The notes beneath the pieces are model-generated. The model did no database searches and was not told the DNA's origin. It saw only the letters and a list, made by a program, of their open reading frames with translations. Both the position numbers and the translations under genes were made by a program. Below are positions 9,478 to 20,882 of a DNA stretch of 48,370 nt, piece by piece; the first letter of the stretch is position 1; each line of letters opens with the position of its first letter. This DNA is from Gammaproteobacteria bacterium (GTDB lineage Bacteria > Pseudomonadota > Gammaproteobacteria > DRLM01), in the NCBI GenBank assembly GCA_919903055.1, contig CAKKSB010000002.1, forward strand, positions 1 to 48,370. Direction: 5' to 3'.

Positions 9478-12400
9478 GTGAACACCACGGACACATCCTT
9501 GGGCTTGTACAGGCCCGAATTCGAAAAAGACAGCTGCGGCTTCGGGCTGATTGCTCAGATGGACGGCAAGGCCAGCCATTGGCTGGTGCGGACCGCCATC
9601 AATTCGCTCGCCTGTCTGACCCATCGCGGCGCGGTGGCCGCCGACGGTAAGACCGGCGACGGCTGCGGCATCCTGATGAAACTGCCGGTTGCCTTCATGC
9701 AGGCGGTGGCCGCCGAAGCGGGGTTCGCCGTCGCCGAGCGCTTCGCGGTGGGCATGGTGTTTTTGAATCAGGACGCCGCCAAGGCCGCGGCCGCTAAACA
9801 GCGGGTGACCGGCGAGCTGGTCGAGCAAGGCTTCAAAGTCCCCGGCTGGCGAGTGGTGCCGGTGGACCCCGGCGCTTGCGGCGCCGAAGCCCTCAAGAGC
9901 CTGCCTCATATCGAGCAGGTGTTCGTCGATATTCCCGACGGCATGGACGACGCGGCCGCCGAACGGCATTTGTACATCGCCCGCCGCCGCAGCGAAAAGG
10001 CCGTCGCGCCGCAGGATCCGACGTTTTACATCCCCAGCCTGACCCGCCGCGTGCTGTCGTATAAAGGCTTGATCATGCCGGCCAACCTGCCGGTGTTTTA
10101 CCGTGATTTGCAAGATGAGCGGCTGGCGTCCGACCTGTGCGTCTTTCATCAGCGCTTCTCCACCAACACCTGGCCCGAATGGCGGCTCGCCCAGCCCTTC
10201 CGTTATCTCGCTCATAACGGCGAAATCAATACCGTGCAAGGCAACCGCTACTGGTCGGTGGCGCGCGGCAACAAGTTCGAAATGCCGGCGATTCCGAATA
10301 TGGACGACATCCGCCCGCTGGTGTCGATGACCGGCTCCGACTCCAGCAGCCTCGACAACATGCTCGAAGCCTTGCTGGCCGGCGGCATGGACATCTTCCG
10401 CGCCATGCGTCTGCTGATTCCGCCGGCCTGGAACAATGTCGAAACCATGGACCCGGACCTGCGCGCTTTTTACGAATACCACTCCATGCACATGGAACCG
10501 TGGGACGGCCCGGCCGGCATCGTGCTCACCGACGGCCGTTACGCCGCCTGCGTGATGGACCGCAACGGTTTGCGTCCCGCGCGTTATGTGGTGACCAAAG
10601 ACCGCCACATCACGCTCGCCTCCGAAATCGGCGTGTATCCGTATAAACCGGAAGACGTGGTGGCCAAGGGCCGTTTGCGGCCCGGCGAGATGATCGCCGC
10701 CGATACCTTTACCGGCGAGCTGCTGCTGCCGGCCGACATCGATCAGATGCTCAAGTCGCGCCAGCCGTACAAGCTGTGGCTGAAGCAAAACGGCCGCAGT
10801 CTGGACGCCAGCCACAAAGAAGCCGCGCCCGTGCCGTGGGACGCGGAAACCGTGGCGGTTTACCAGAAGATGTTCCAGGTCAGTTTCGAGGAACGCGACC
10901 AGGTGCTGCGGGTGCTGGCCGAGGCCGGCCAGGAGGCGGTGGGTTCGATGGGCGACGACACACCGATGCCGGTGCTGTCGCGCCAGGTGCGATCGTTGTA
11001 CGACTACTTCCGCCAGCAGTTCGCGCAAGTGACCAATCCGCCCATCGATCCGCTGCGCGAGCAGATCGTGATGTCGCTGGAGACCTGCTTCGGCCGCGAG
11101 CGCAATCTGTTCGAAGAAACCCCGGCCCACGCGACCCGGCTGGTGGCCGAGTCGCCGGTGCTGTCGGATGAAAAATACCGTAAGCTGCTCAGCCTCGACG
11201 ACGCCGACTACAGTCATACCAAGCTCAGCCTGCAATACGACCCCGCCGTCGGTCTGCGCGCCGCCATCGAGACGGTGTGCGCGCAAGCCGAGGCGGCGGT
11301 GCGCGCCGGTCAGGTGATTCTGGTACTGTCCGATCAAGACATCGAAGCCGGCAAGCTGCCCATCCACGCTTTGCTGGCCACCGGCGCGGTGCATCATCGC
11401 TTGATCAACCGCGGCCTGCGCTGCGACGCCAATCTCGTGATTGAAACCGCCACCGCGCGCGACCCGCACCACTTCGCCGCGCTGATCGGCTATGGCGCGA
11501 CGGCGGTGTATCCCTATCTCGCTTATCAATGCCTTTATGATTTGCTGCGCAGCGGCGAGATCAAAGGCAAGGAAATGGACCAGCTGGCGCCTGCCTACCG
11601 CAAAGGCATCAACAAGGGCCTCTACAAAATCATCTCCAAGATGGGCATCTCCACCATCGCGAGTTACCGCGGCGCTCAGTTATTCGAGGCGCTCGGCCTC
11701 GGCGGCGAGGTGGTGGACTTGTGTTTTCCCGGCACCAGCAGCCGCATCCAAGGCGCCAACTTCGAGGATTTGGAAAGCGATCAGCAGCAGCTGGCGCGCG
11801 AAGCCTGGCTGACCCGCAAGTCCATCCAGCAAGGCGGCCTGCTCAAGTTCATTCACGGCGGCGAATACCACGCTTACAATCCCGACGTGGTCACCACTTT
11901 GCGCCAGGCGGTGCAAAGCGGCGATTACGCGGATTATCAAAAGTACGCGGACATCGTCAACAGCCGGCCAGTCGCGACGTTCCGCGATTTGCTGAAGATC
12001 CGCGCCGGCATCACGCCGATCGCCATCGACGAAGTCGAGACCATGGAAGCCATTTTGCCGCGCTTCGACAGCGCCGGCATGTCGTTGGGCGCCTTGTCGC
12101 CCGAGGCGCACGAGGCGCTCGCCATCGCGATGAACCGGCTGGGCGGCCGTTCGAATTCCGGCGAAGGCGGCGAAGACCCGGCGCGTTACGGCACCGAGCG
12201 GATGTCCAAGATCAAACAAGTGGCCTCCGGCCGCTTCGGTGTGACGCCGGCGTATTTGATCAACGCCGAAGTGCTGCAGATCAAGATCGCGCAGGGCGCC
12301 AAGCCCGGCGAGGGTGGCCAATTGCCCGGCGACAAGGTCAATAAACTCATCGCGCGCCTGCGTTATGCGCGGCCCGGCGTGGCGCTGATTTCGCCGCCGC

Positions 12401-13938
12401 CGCATCATGACATCTATTCCATCGAAGATTTGGCGCAGCTGATCTTCGATTTGAAGCAGGTCAATCCCAAGGCGCTGGTGTCGGTGAAACTGGTCGCCGA
12501 GCCCGGTGTTGGTACCATCGCTGCCGGCGTCGCCAAAGCCTATGCGGATCTGATCACGATCTCGGGTTACGACGGCGGCACCGGCGCGAGCCCGCTGACC
12601 TCGATCAAATACGCGGGCGGGGCGTGGGAGCTGGGGCTCACCGAAACCCATCAAACCCTCCGCCGCAACGATTTGCGCGGCAAGGTGCGGTTGCAGACCG
12701 ACGGCGGTTTGAAAACCGGCCTCGACGTGGTCAAGGCCGCGATCCTCGGCGCCGAGAGTTTCGGTTTCGGCACCGGGCCGATGATCGCGCTCGGCTGTAA
12801 ATACCTGCGCATCTGCCACTTGAACAACTGCGCCACCGGCGTCGCGACCCAGGACGACAATCTGCGCAAAGTGCATTTCATCGGCCTGCCGGAAATGGTG
12901 ATGAATTATTTCCGCTTCATCGCCCGCGAGACCCGCGAGTGGCTGGCGGTGCTCGGCGTGCGCAGCATGGCCGAATTGATCGGCCGCACCGATTTGCTGG
13001 AAATCGTCGAGGGCGAGACCGCCCGTCAGCGCCGCCTCGATTTATCGCCGATACTTTCCGACGGCGGCGTGGCGAAGGACAAACCGCAATATTGCATCTC
13101 GCCGAGCAACGCGCCTTTCGACAAGGGCGAGTTGGCGGAGCAGATGGTGCGTGATTGCCTCGACGCCATCGAGCATAAAAAAGGCGGCACCTTTGAATAC
13201 CAGGTGCGCAATATTCATCGTTCCATTGGTGCGCGGCTGTCCGGCGAAATCGCCCGCCGCCATGGCGACAAAGGCATGGAAGACGCGCCGATTACCTTGC
13301 GCCTCACCGGCACCGCCGGACAAAGCTTCGGCGTGTGGAACGCCGGCGGGTTGAACCTGATACTCGAAGGCGACGCCAACGATTACGTCGGCAAAGGCAT
13401 GGCCGCCGGCAAGCTGGTGATTTATCCGCCCAAGGTCAGCCAATTCATGTCGCGCGAGACCGCCATCATCGGCAACACTTGTCTGTACGGCGCCACCGGC
13501 GGCAGCCTGTTCGCCGCGGGCATGGCCGGCGAGCGCTTCGCGGTACGCAACTCCGGCGCTCAGGCGGTGGTGGAAGGCTGCGGCGACCACGCCTGCGAAT
13601 ACATGACCGGCGGTGTGGTGGCGGTGCTCGGCAACACCGGCCTCAACTTCGGCGCGGGAATGACCGGCGGTTTCAGCTTCGTGCTCGACATGGATAAAGG
13701 CTTCGTCGACCGCTACAACCATGAATTGGTGGACATCCACCGCATCACCACCGAGCCGATGGAGGCGCACCGCAATTATCTACGCGGTATCCTCCGCGAG
13801 TTCGTCGCCGAAACCGGCAGTGGCTGGGGCCAGGAAATTCTCGATGATTTCGCCTCGTATCTGCCGCGTTTCTGGCTGGTGAAACCCAAGGCCTTGGAGA
13901 TTCACTCCTTGCTCGATAGTTTACTCAATGCGGCGTGA
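9478..13938 (+). CDS. gltB: Glutamate synthase (NADPH) large subunit
   Basis: 1486 aa. Amidotransferase N-terminus with the catalytic Cys ([12 protein letters not shown]), FMN-binding central region and C-terminal GXGXG-type domain. gltD is immediately downstream. GTG start. Confidence 0.97.
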   Translation: MNTTDTSLGLYRPEFEKDSCGFGLIAQMDGKASHWLVRTAINSLACLTHRGAVAADGKTGDGCGILMKLPVAFMQAVAAEAGFAVAERFAVGMVFLNQDAAKAAAAKQRVTGELVEQGFKVPGWRVVPVDPGACGAEALKSLPHIEQVFVDIPDGMDDAAAERHLYIARRRSEKAVAPQDPTFYIPSLTRRVLSYKGLIMPANLPVFYRDLQDERLASDLCVFHQRFSTNTWPEWRLAQPFRYLAHNGEINTVQGNRYWSVARGNKFEMPAIPNMDDIRPLVSMTGSDSSSLDNMLEALLAGGMDIFRAMRLLIPPAWNNVETMDPDLRAFYEYHSMHMEPWDGPAGIVLTDGRYAACVMDRNGLRPARYVVTKDRHITLASEIGVYPYKPEDVVAKGRLRPGEMIAADTFTGELLLPADIDQMLKSRQPYKLWLKQNGRSLDASHKEAAPVPWDAETVAVYQKMFQVSFEERDQVLRVLAEAGQEAVGSMGDDTPMPVLSRQVRSLYDYFRQQFAQVTNPPIDPLREQIVMSLETCFGRERNLFEETPAHATRLVAESPVLSDEKYRKLLSLDDADYSHTKLSLQYDPAVGLRAAIETVCAQAEAAVRAGQVILVLSDQDIEAGKLPIHALLATGAVHHRLINRGLRCDANLVIETATARDPHHFAALIGYGATAVYPYLAYQCLYDLLRSGEIKGKEMDQLAPAYRKGINKGLYKIISKMGISTIASYRGAQLFEALGLGGEVVDLCFPGTSSRIQGANFEDLESDQQQLAREAWLTRKSIQQGGLLKFIHGGEYHAYNPDVVTTLRQAVQSGDYADYQKYADIVNSRPVATFRDLLKIRAGITPIAIDEVETMEAILPRFDSAGMSLGALSPEAHEALAIAMNRLGGRSNSGEGGEDPARYGTERMSKIKQVASGRFGVTPAYLINAEVLQIKIAQGAKPGEGGQLPGDKVNKLIARLRYARPGVALISPPPHHDIYSIEDLAQLIFDLKQVNPKALVSVKLVAEPGVGTIAAGVAKAYADLITISGYDGGTGASPLTSIKYAGGAWELGLTETHQTLRRNDLRGKVRLQTDGGLKTGLDVVKAAILGAESFGFGTGPMIALGCKYLRICHLNNCATGVATQDDNLRKVHFIGLPEMVMNYFRFIARETREWLAVLGVRSMAELIGRTDLLEIVEGETARQRRLDLSPILSDGGVAKDKPQYCISPSNAPFDKGELAEQMVRDCLDAIEHKKGGTFEYQVRNIHRSIGARLSGEIARRHGDKGMEDAPITLRLTGTAGQSFGVWNAGGLNLILEGDANDYVGKGMAAGKLVIYPPKVSQFMSRETAIIGNTCLYGATGGSLFAAGMAGERFAVRNSGAQAVVEGCGDHACEYMTGGVVAVLGNTGLNFGAGMTGGFSFVLDMDKGFVDRYNHELVDIHRITTEPMEAHRNYLRGILREFVAETGSGWGQEILDDFASYLPRFWLVKPKALEIHSLLDSLLNAA

Positions 13939-15390
<1,452 letters not shown>

Positions 15391-15398
15391 AGATCAAT

Positions 15399-15500
15399 CG
15401 CCAAGGCGCCAAGGACGCCAAGGCCGGCAAAATTTTTTGAAATAAAAGTATTTCAAAAATTAATCCCACTTCTTTCCTGGCGTCCTTGGCGTCCTGGCGG
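15399..15500. repeat. Octamer-armed palindromic intergenic element, copy 1 (CGCCAAGG-type arms, AT-rich loop)
   Basis: Left arm cgccaaggcgccaaggacgccaagg (15399-15423). Right arm cctggcgtccttggcgtcctggcgg (15476-15500), an imperfect reverse complement. The loop holds a nested palindrome, aattttttgaaata-aaag-tatttcaaaaatt (15431-15461). It lies between the gltD stop and the hemE start. Confidence 0.85.
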
Positions 15501-15511
15501 CTGGAACATAG

Positions 15512-16576
15512 ATGATAGAACTTAAAAACGACCGTTTTCTCCGCGCCCTGCTCCGCCAGCCGGTGGACCGCACGCCGATTTGGATCATGCGCCAGGCCGG
15601 GCGTTATCTGCCGGAGTATCGCGCGACGCGCGCCAAGGCGGGATCGTTCATGGATCTTTGCACCAATCCCGACTTGGCTTGCGAAGTGACGCTGCAACCG
15701 CTGGCGCGTTTCGATCTCGACGCCGCAATTTTATTTTCCGACATTCTCACCATTCCCGACGCCATGGGCTTGGGCCTGAGCTTCGCGCAGGGCGAAGGCC
15801 CGCAATTCGCGCGTCCCGTGCGCAGCGCGGCCGACGTTGAAAAACTCGCTGTGCCCGACCCGGAAGTCGAATTGCGTTACGTAATGGACGCGGTGCGGGT
15901 GATCCGCCGCGAGCTCGACGGCCGCGTGCCGCTGATCGGTTTCTCCGGCAGCCCATGGACGCTGGCGACTTATATGGTGGAAGGCAGCGGCAGCAAGGAA
16001 TACTCACATGTCAAAGGCATGTTATTCGATCGCCCGGACTTGCTGCATAAATTATTGGACACTACCGCGCGTTCGGTGACCAGTTATCTCAACGCGCAAA
16101 TCGCCGCCGGCGCGCAGGCGGTGATGATTTTCGATACCTGGGGTGGCGTGCTCAGTCCGCGCGATTATCAAGAGTTTTCGCTGCGTTATATGGCGCAGAT
16201 CGTCGACGGCCTCACTCGTGAGCATGAAGGCCGCCGGGTGCCGGTTATTCTCTTCACCAAAGGCGGCGGGGCCTGGTTGGAGTCGATGGCCGAGACCGGC
16301 TGCGATGGCTTGGGCGTGGATTGGACCACCGATATCGGCGCGGCACGGGCGCGGGTCGGTCACAGCGTCGCGCTGCAAGGCAATATGGATCCCTGCGTGC
16401 TGTATGCCGCGCCGCAACGCATCCGCGCCGAAGTGGCGACTATATTAAAATCCTACGGCAGCGGTAACGGTCACGTGTTCAACCTCGGCCACGGCATCCA
16501 TCAGCACATCAATCCTGAAAACGTGAAGGTGCTGGTCGATGCGGTGCATGAGTTGAGCGCGCCGTATCATGGTTGA
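15512..16576 (+). CDS. hemE: Uroporphyrinogen decarboxylase
   Basis: 354 aa. Signature [15 protein letters not shown], full-length similarity pattern, conserved position after gltBD. Confidence 0.96.
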   Translation: MIELKNDRFLRALLRQPVDRTPIWIMRQAGRYLPEYRATRAKAGSFMDLCTNPDLACEVTLQPLARFDLDAAILFSDILTIPDAMGLGLSFAQGEGPQFARPVRSAADVEKLAVPDPEVELRYVMDAVRVIRRELDGRVPLIGFSGSPWTLATYMVEGSGSKEYSHVKGMLFDRPDLLHKLLDTTARSVTSYLNAQIAAGAQAVMIFDTWGGVLSPRDYQEFSLRYMAQIVDGLTREHEGRRVPVILFTKGGGAWLESMAETGCDGLGVDWTTDIGAARARVGHSVALQGNMDPCVLYAAPQRIRAEVATILKSYGSGNGHVFNLGHGIHQHINPENVKVLVDAVHELSAPYHG

Positions 16577-16658
16577 TTTCGCGCGGATGCCATGCCGCGA
16601 CAATGAGAAGATTATTTAATCCCAGCGCAGCCCGCAAAAATTCTCCAGGAGCAGTTCC

Positions 16659-17522
16659 TTGATCGAGCACTTTGAACCTTTGCGCAACATGGAAACTTTC
16701 AGCGATGAGATGTTCAATCGCATCGTCGCCTTTCAAGAGCGCCAGCATCCGGCCTGGAATGTCGAGCTGCCGTTCGCGCAGCGCATTGCCGGTCTGCCGC
16801 TGCATTATTTAATCTTTAGTTGCCCCGACCGCGACCCCGCCAAGTTCGGTCCCACGGTGGCGCCCTACATTCCATTGCGCGACGAATTGCGTAAGATTGC
16901 TTTATACGCACGCCAAGTCGCCGCCGCACCGGTGGTATGCGACTTCCATCCAGGTAACGGTTTCGTCGGCAGCCTGCTGTCGCGCGAAGGTTTGAAGGTG
17001 ATCGGCGTGCGCGATCCGGCCGCCAAGCCGAATCAGATCAAAAATTTTTATGATCGCGAAGTGTACGAGTTGCGCGAGCAGGCGGTGGCCGACATTGATT
17101 TTCCTTTCGACGTGGCTTTTTCATCGTGGATGCCGGCCGGCGTGAATTTCACGCCGGAGATCGTCAAGCACCGGCCCAAGCTCATCGTGTTCATTCACAC
17201 CAAACACGTCAACGAAGAGACCGGTGTGCCGCAGACCGGCACGCCCGCGGCTTACACCGAGTTGCCCGCCGGTTATCAATTGATTCATGAATGGGGAATG
17301 ACCCGGGTCAAGGACGTCTTGCACGAGGTGTGGCCCGATCTCACGCCCAGCATCGAAGAGACGCGTTACGTCAAAGTTTACGCCGCCGAGGGTTATCACG
17401 GCATCGAGATACCGGACGAGCTGCCGCCGGCCGAGCCTTATGATTGGGAAGGCGAGTTGGAGATGGCGTTGCTGGCGATCCAGGCCAAGGAACATTTGCG
17501 CGCCCAAGGCGTGCAGGTTTAG
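16659..17522 (+). CDS. Hypothetical protein, possibly a Rossmann/SAM-methyltransferase-like fold
   Basis: 287-aa ORF with a TTG start 7 nt after aggag (16647-16651). An alternative ATG is at 16689. GC3-rich codon usage like the neighbours. VVCDFHPGNGFVGSLLSREGLKVIGVRD resembles a motif-I nucleotide-binding loop. I recognise no family. Confidence 0.6.
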   Translation: MIEHFEPLRNMETFSDEMFNRIVAFQERQHPAWNVELPFAQRIAGLPLHYLIFSCPDRDPAKFGPTVAPYIPLRDELRKIALYARQVAAAPVVCDFHPGNGFVGSLLSREGLKVIGVRDPAAKPNQIKNFYDREVYELREQAVADIDFPFDVAFSSWMPAGVNFTPEIVKHRPKLIVFIHTKHVNEETGVPQTGTPAAYTELPAGYQLIHEWGMTRVKDVLHEVWPDLTPSIEETRYVKVYAAEGYHGIEIPDELPPAEPYDWEGELEMALLAIQAKEHLRAQGVQV

Positions 17523-17568
17523 CCGCAATCATAAACCCCGTTCCCCAATACCAAATAGAGTTCCCCGC

Positions 17569-18453
17569 TCAGTGGATTTCGCTGAGCAGCTGGTCGATCA
17601 CGCGCTCCGCCTGCGCCGCGTAGCCGCCGCCGAATAAATTGAAGTGATTCAGCACGTGATACAGGTTGTAGAGTTGCCTGCGCAGCGCATAACCGTCGGG
17701 CAGCGGATAGTGGTCGCGATAGGCCGCGTAAAAGCGCGGTGAAAATCCGCCGAACAATTCGGTCATGGCGAGATCGGTTTCGCGATCGCCGTAATACACC
17801 GCCGGATCGAAGATGACCGGCTGGCCGGTGGTCAGCGCCGCGTAATTGCCCGACCAGAGATCGCCGTGCAGTAACGCGGCGGCCGGCGCGTGATTTTGTA
17901 ATAAACTTGCGACGCCATCGAGCAGGCGTTCACCTTTAGTCCGCAACGTGGCGCCGCAACCCCGTTGCGCGGCGAGTTTCAACTGATAGCCCAGCCGCCG
18001 CTCACGCCAGAATTCCAGCCAATCATCACAAGGCGTATTGAGCTGCGGCGTCGCGCCGATGGTGTTGTCACGATGCCAGCCGAAACGCGGCGCGGTGTGG
18101 CGATGCAACGCGGCGAGCTGCGCGCCCAATCGATCGGCGCTGTCGGACTTCCCGCGGCCGAACGGCAAATGTTCGAGAACTAGATAGGCCGTCTCGTCGT
18201 GTATACCCCAACAAATCGGCATGGGAACGCAAATCGCGCCGCTGGCTGCCAATGCCTGCAACCCTTCCGCTTCCGCCGCGAACATCTCTTCGATCGCGAC
18301 GTCTTTGAGTTTGACGAAATACTGCTGGTTTCGGTCCGCGATGACGTAACTTTGATTGATGCAGCCGCCGCCCACCGCGTGTTGGGTGAGCGCGCTAAAA
18401 GGCCGGCCGGTGGCGGCGCTGATGGCGGCGGCGATGGTAGGCCAGAGAGTCAT
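17569..18453 (-). CDS. Fructosamine/ketosamine-3-kinase family protein
   Basis: 294 aa. GGCINQSYVI...YFVKL and the catalytic LLHGDLWSGNYA motifs are typical of the YniA/fructosamine kinase family. Confidence 0.88.
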   Translation of the reverse strand: MTLWPTIAAAISAATGRPFSALTQHAVGGGCINQSYVIADRNQQYFVKLKDVAIEEMFAAEAEGLQALAASGAICVPMPICWGIHDETAYLVLEHLPFGRGKSDSADRLGAQLAALHRHTAPRFGWHRDNTIGATPQLNTPCDDWLEFWRERRLGYQLKLAAQRGCGATLRTKGERLLDGVASLLQNHAPAAALLHGDLWSGNYAALTTGQPVIFDPAVYYGDRETDLAMTELFGGFSPRFYAAYRDHYPLPDGYALRRQLYNLYHVLNHFNLFGGGYAAQAERVIDQLLSEIH

Positions 18454-18536
18454 GGCGAGGAGCGGTGTGTTGCGGGCCTGATTTTATTGTAATGGAAATC
18501 GCCGGAACTACGCGGCGTGTTCTGAAAAATTCAGTT

Positions 18537-18598
18537 AACCGCCAAGAACGCCAAGAAAGTCGTAGTGTGAAAAATCAAATCTTGGCGTCCTGGCGGTT
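18537..18598. repeat. Octamer-armed palindromic intergenic element, copy 2
   Basis: aaccgccaagaacgccaag (18537-18555), then a 25-nt A-rich loop, then cttggcgtcctggcggtt (18581-18598). It lies downstream of the tal stop (minus strand) and upstream of the kinase gene. Confidence 0.8.
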
Positions 18599-18645
18599 CA
18601 ATAGGGTTTGTTTCAAGATGATGGATGGATGCAATGCAGTAGGAT

Positions 18646-19797
18646 TTATCCCGCGGCGCGGACGTTGGTTTTTTGAAAAGCCAGCAGTTTGGCGCTGATG
18701 GCGGCGAGCAAATTATCGAAGGATTTGGCGAAGGATTTGACGCCCTCGTCTTCCAGTTGCTGAGTAATCGCGGCGAGGTCGATGCCGGTGGTTTTCAGCG
18801 CGGCGAGTTGCGCATGCGCCTCGTCCCAGCCCGACAGCAGGGTAGTCTGCGGCCGGCCGTGTTGCTTATAGGCGGCATAGGTGGCCGGCGGTACGGTGTT
18901 GACGGTATCGGGTCCGATCAGCTGCTCGATATACATCACGTCGCTGTAATTGGGATTCTTGACGCCGGTGCTGGCCCATAACAGACGTTGAGGCGTGGCA
19001 CCCGCTTGTTTGAGTTTGTCGAAGCGCGGCGACGTGAACAAGTGCTGATACCATTCGTAAGCCACTTTGGCGTTGGCGATGGCGATTTTTCCTTGTAGCT
19101 TTTGTAGCGGTTCGCGCTCGGCCCCGCTGAGTTTGGCGAGACGTTCGTCGAGTAATTTGTCCAGCGTGGCATCGACGCGACTGACGAAGAAGCTGGCCAC
19201 CGAGGCGATGCCTTTTACCGGCAGGCCGCGCCGCAGCCGGGCATCCAAGCCGGCGAGATAGGCTTCGGTGACTTCTTTGTAGCGTTCCACCGAGAACAGC
19301 AAGGTGACGTTGACGTTCAATCCTTCTGAAATCAATTTCTCGAAGGCGACCACCCCTTCGCGGGTGGCCGGTACTTTGATCATGAGATTGGCGCGGCCGA
19401 CCCGCTTCCAGAGGCTGAGGGCTTCGGTAACGGTGGCGTCGGTGTCATAAGCGAGATCGGGCGAGACTTCCAGGCTTACCATGCCGTCCTGGCCGTGGCT
19501 GGCTTCGTAGACCGGTTTCAATAAGTCGGCGGCGGCTTGAATGTCTTCGATGGCCAAACTGAAGAAGGCTTCGCGCACATCGGGCTTGTCCACCCCGCGG
19601 CTGAAACGCGCCAGGCTTTCGTCGTAATCCTGGGAGGCGGCGATGGCCTTCTCAAAAATGGTGGGATTGGAGGTAATGCCTCGCAGCCCGTCATCCTTGA
19701 TCATGCCCGCCAGTTCACCGGATCGCAGCATCTTGCGTTCGATATTGTCATACCAGACGCTTTGGCCGAATTCCTGTAGGCGTTTGAGTGGGTTCAT
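18646..19797 (-). CDS. tal: Transaldolase (long bacterial type)
   Basis: 383 aa. GQSVWYDNI...GITSNPTIFEKAI and the Schiff-base lysine region IKVPAT. Further motif VASFFVSRVD. Confidence 0.92.
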   Translation of the reverse strand: MNPLKRLQEFGQSVWYDNIERKMLRSGELAGMIKDDGLRGITSNPTIFEKAIAASQDYDESLARFSRGVDKPDVREAFFSLAIEDIQAAADLLKPVYEASHGQDGMVSLEVSPDLAYDTDATVTEALSLWKRVGRANLMIKVPATREGVVAFEKLISEGLNVNVTLLFSVERYKEVTEAYLAGLDARLRRGLPVKGIASVASFFVSRVDATLDKLLDERLAKLSGAEREPLQKLQGKIAIANAKVAYEWYQHLFTSPRFDKLKQAGATPQRLLWASTGVKNPNYSDVMYIEQLIGPDTVNTVPPATYAAYKQHGRPQTTLLSGWDEAHAQLAALKTTGIDLAAITQQLEDEGVKSFAKSFDNLLAAISAKLLAFQKTNVRAAG

Positions 19798-20356
19798 GCG
19801 GGTTCTCCTTCAATGGCGCGTCAAGGCTTGGAACATCCACCGAGGTTATCGGCGACCGTGGCTTGAGGTTGAGGACGGGCGGGTCAATGGCTGTGTGACC
19901 CCTCCTGGAACTGGCGAGTTCCTTTGATTGCGGGAGTGGCTCCCTTCACGAAATAACTACATAACTAATATAGAGCAAAAGGCGGGCGTAATATATGGAT
20001 ATTATCTGGTGGCAAGTAAAATGAATTATGTATTAATCCGTAAGGCATCGGCTGGTTGAATCAGGCTTGGGCCGGACCGTGTTGAGCTACCTTGTCGGGA
20101 TTGTTGAGCGAATTGCGTTTGCACGCCAAAAGGCGAAACAGAAGCCCCTTGGATTCGCCGAGACTGAGTGGAACTTCCCCTCCGCTAAGGATTTTCCGTG
20201 TCGGTGGCGAGATCAGTTCATGAAAATGTGACCTGATTAGCCCTTTTGCGGGGACGACGGGGTTAACGGAAGCAGCCAAGAGGACGATACAAAATGTAGT
20301 GGGAAACAGACAATATCCGAGCAGGAAGCCGGGTGAATGGTGAGGTTTAGAAGACC

Positions 20357-20821
20357 ATGTATTTCCGAAAACTTGCTTTTGTGATGGCGACCTTGGCACT
20401 GGCCCCGATAGCCCAAGCCGATTCAGGGGATGACACCACCGGTTCACTGTTGCACGGCCCGCTGTCAGTTTGCCTGGGTCCTTCCATCGCTTTATATCCC
20501 TGTATATCACTCACGCCTTCTTTATATTCATCCGGTTTAGGTGGCGCATCGTCTTATGATGGAAGTCCGTTACCGGGGCTACCCCAAGATTATCTGTCTA
20601 CCCATCTTTTCACGTTCTCCATCAAGCATCGCGATTCCTCCAGTCTTCAATGGCACACATTGCGCCGTTTTGAGGGTATGGATTTTAATTTCAACCTCGA
20701 TCACACCGGGGCGGGGATGAATATGGACATGGGCGGCTTGGAATTCAACGTCATTCTGGACGAAGGCGAAGACACTTTGGTGGAACCGCGTTTCTTCCTG
20801 GGAATCGATAGAGCGTGGTAA
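20357..20821 (+). CDS. Orphan secreted protein in an AT-richer island
   Basis: Sec signal peptide MYFRKLAFVMATLALAPIAQA-DS. C-terminus ...FFLGIDRAW ends in an aromatic residue, which is OMP-like. Codon third positions are not GC-biased, unlike neighbouring genes, so the coding status is uncertain. Confidence 0.4.
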   Translation: MYFRKLAFVMATLALAPIAQADSGDDTTGSLLHGPLSVCLGPSIALYPCISLTPSLYSSGLGGASSYDGSPLPGLPQDYLSTHLFTFSIKHRDSSSLQWHTLRRFEGMDFNFNLDHTGAGMNMDMGGLEFNVILDEGEDTLVEPRFFLGIDRAW

Positions 20822-20882
20822 GCGTGTTCACGCATTCGAGTGTCCCAGCCTGCTCAATCAACCGTTTTAATTGCCGCTAAGC

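Noticed and set aside
9451-11529. 692-aa ORF on the minus strand
   Set aside because: It lies entirely antisense to gltB. Its composition is Arg/Gly/His/Ala-rich, as is typical of shadow ORFs in GC-rich DNA, and it has no recognisable motifs.
19798-20356. Search for a structured RNA gene (tRNA T-loop, tmRNA ends, RNase P GAGGAAAGUCC motif, cobalamin B12 box) in the long non-coding stretch upstream of tal
   Set aside because: I could find none of these signatures by eye. Only short local hairpins are present. The region is kept as a compositional-island finding rather than an ncRNA call.
20061-20510. 149-aa ORF on the minus strand in the AT-richer island
   Set aside because: It has no ribosome-binding site, no motifs, and an odd composition. 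It overlaps the signal-peptide-bearing plus-strand ORF, so I treated it as non-coding.
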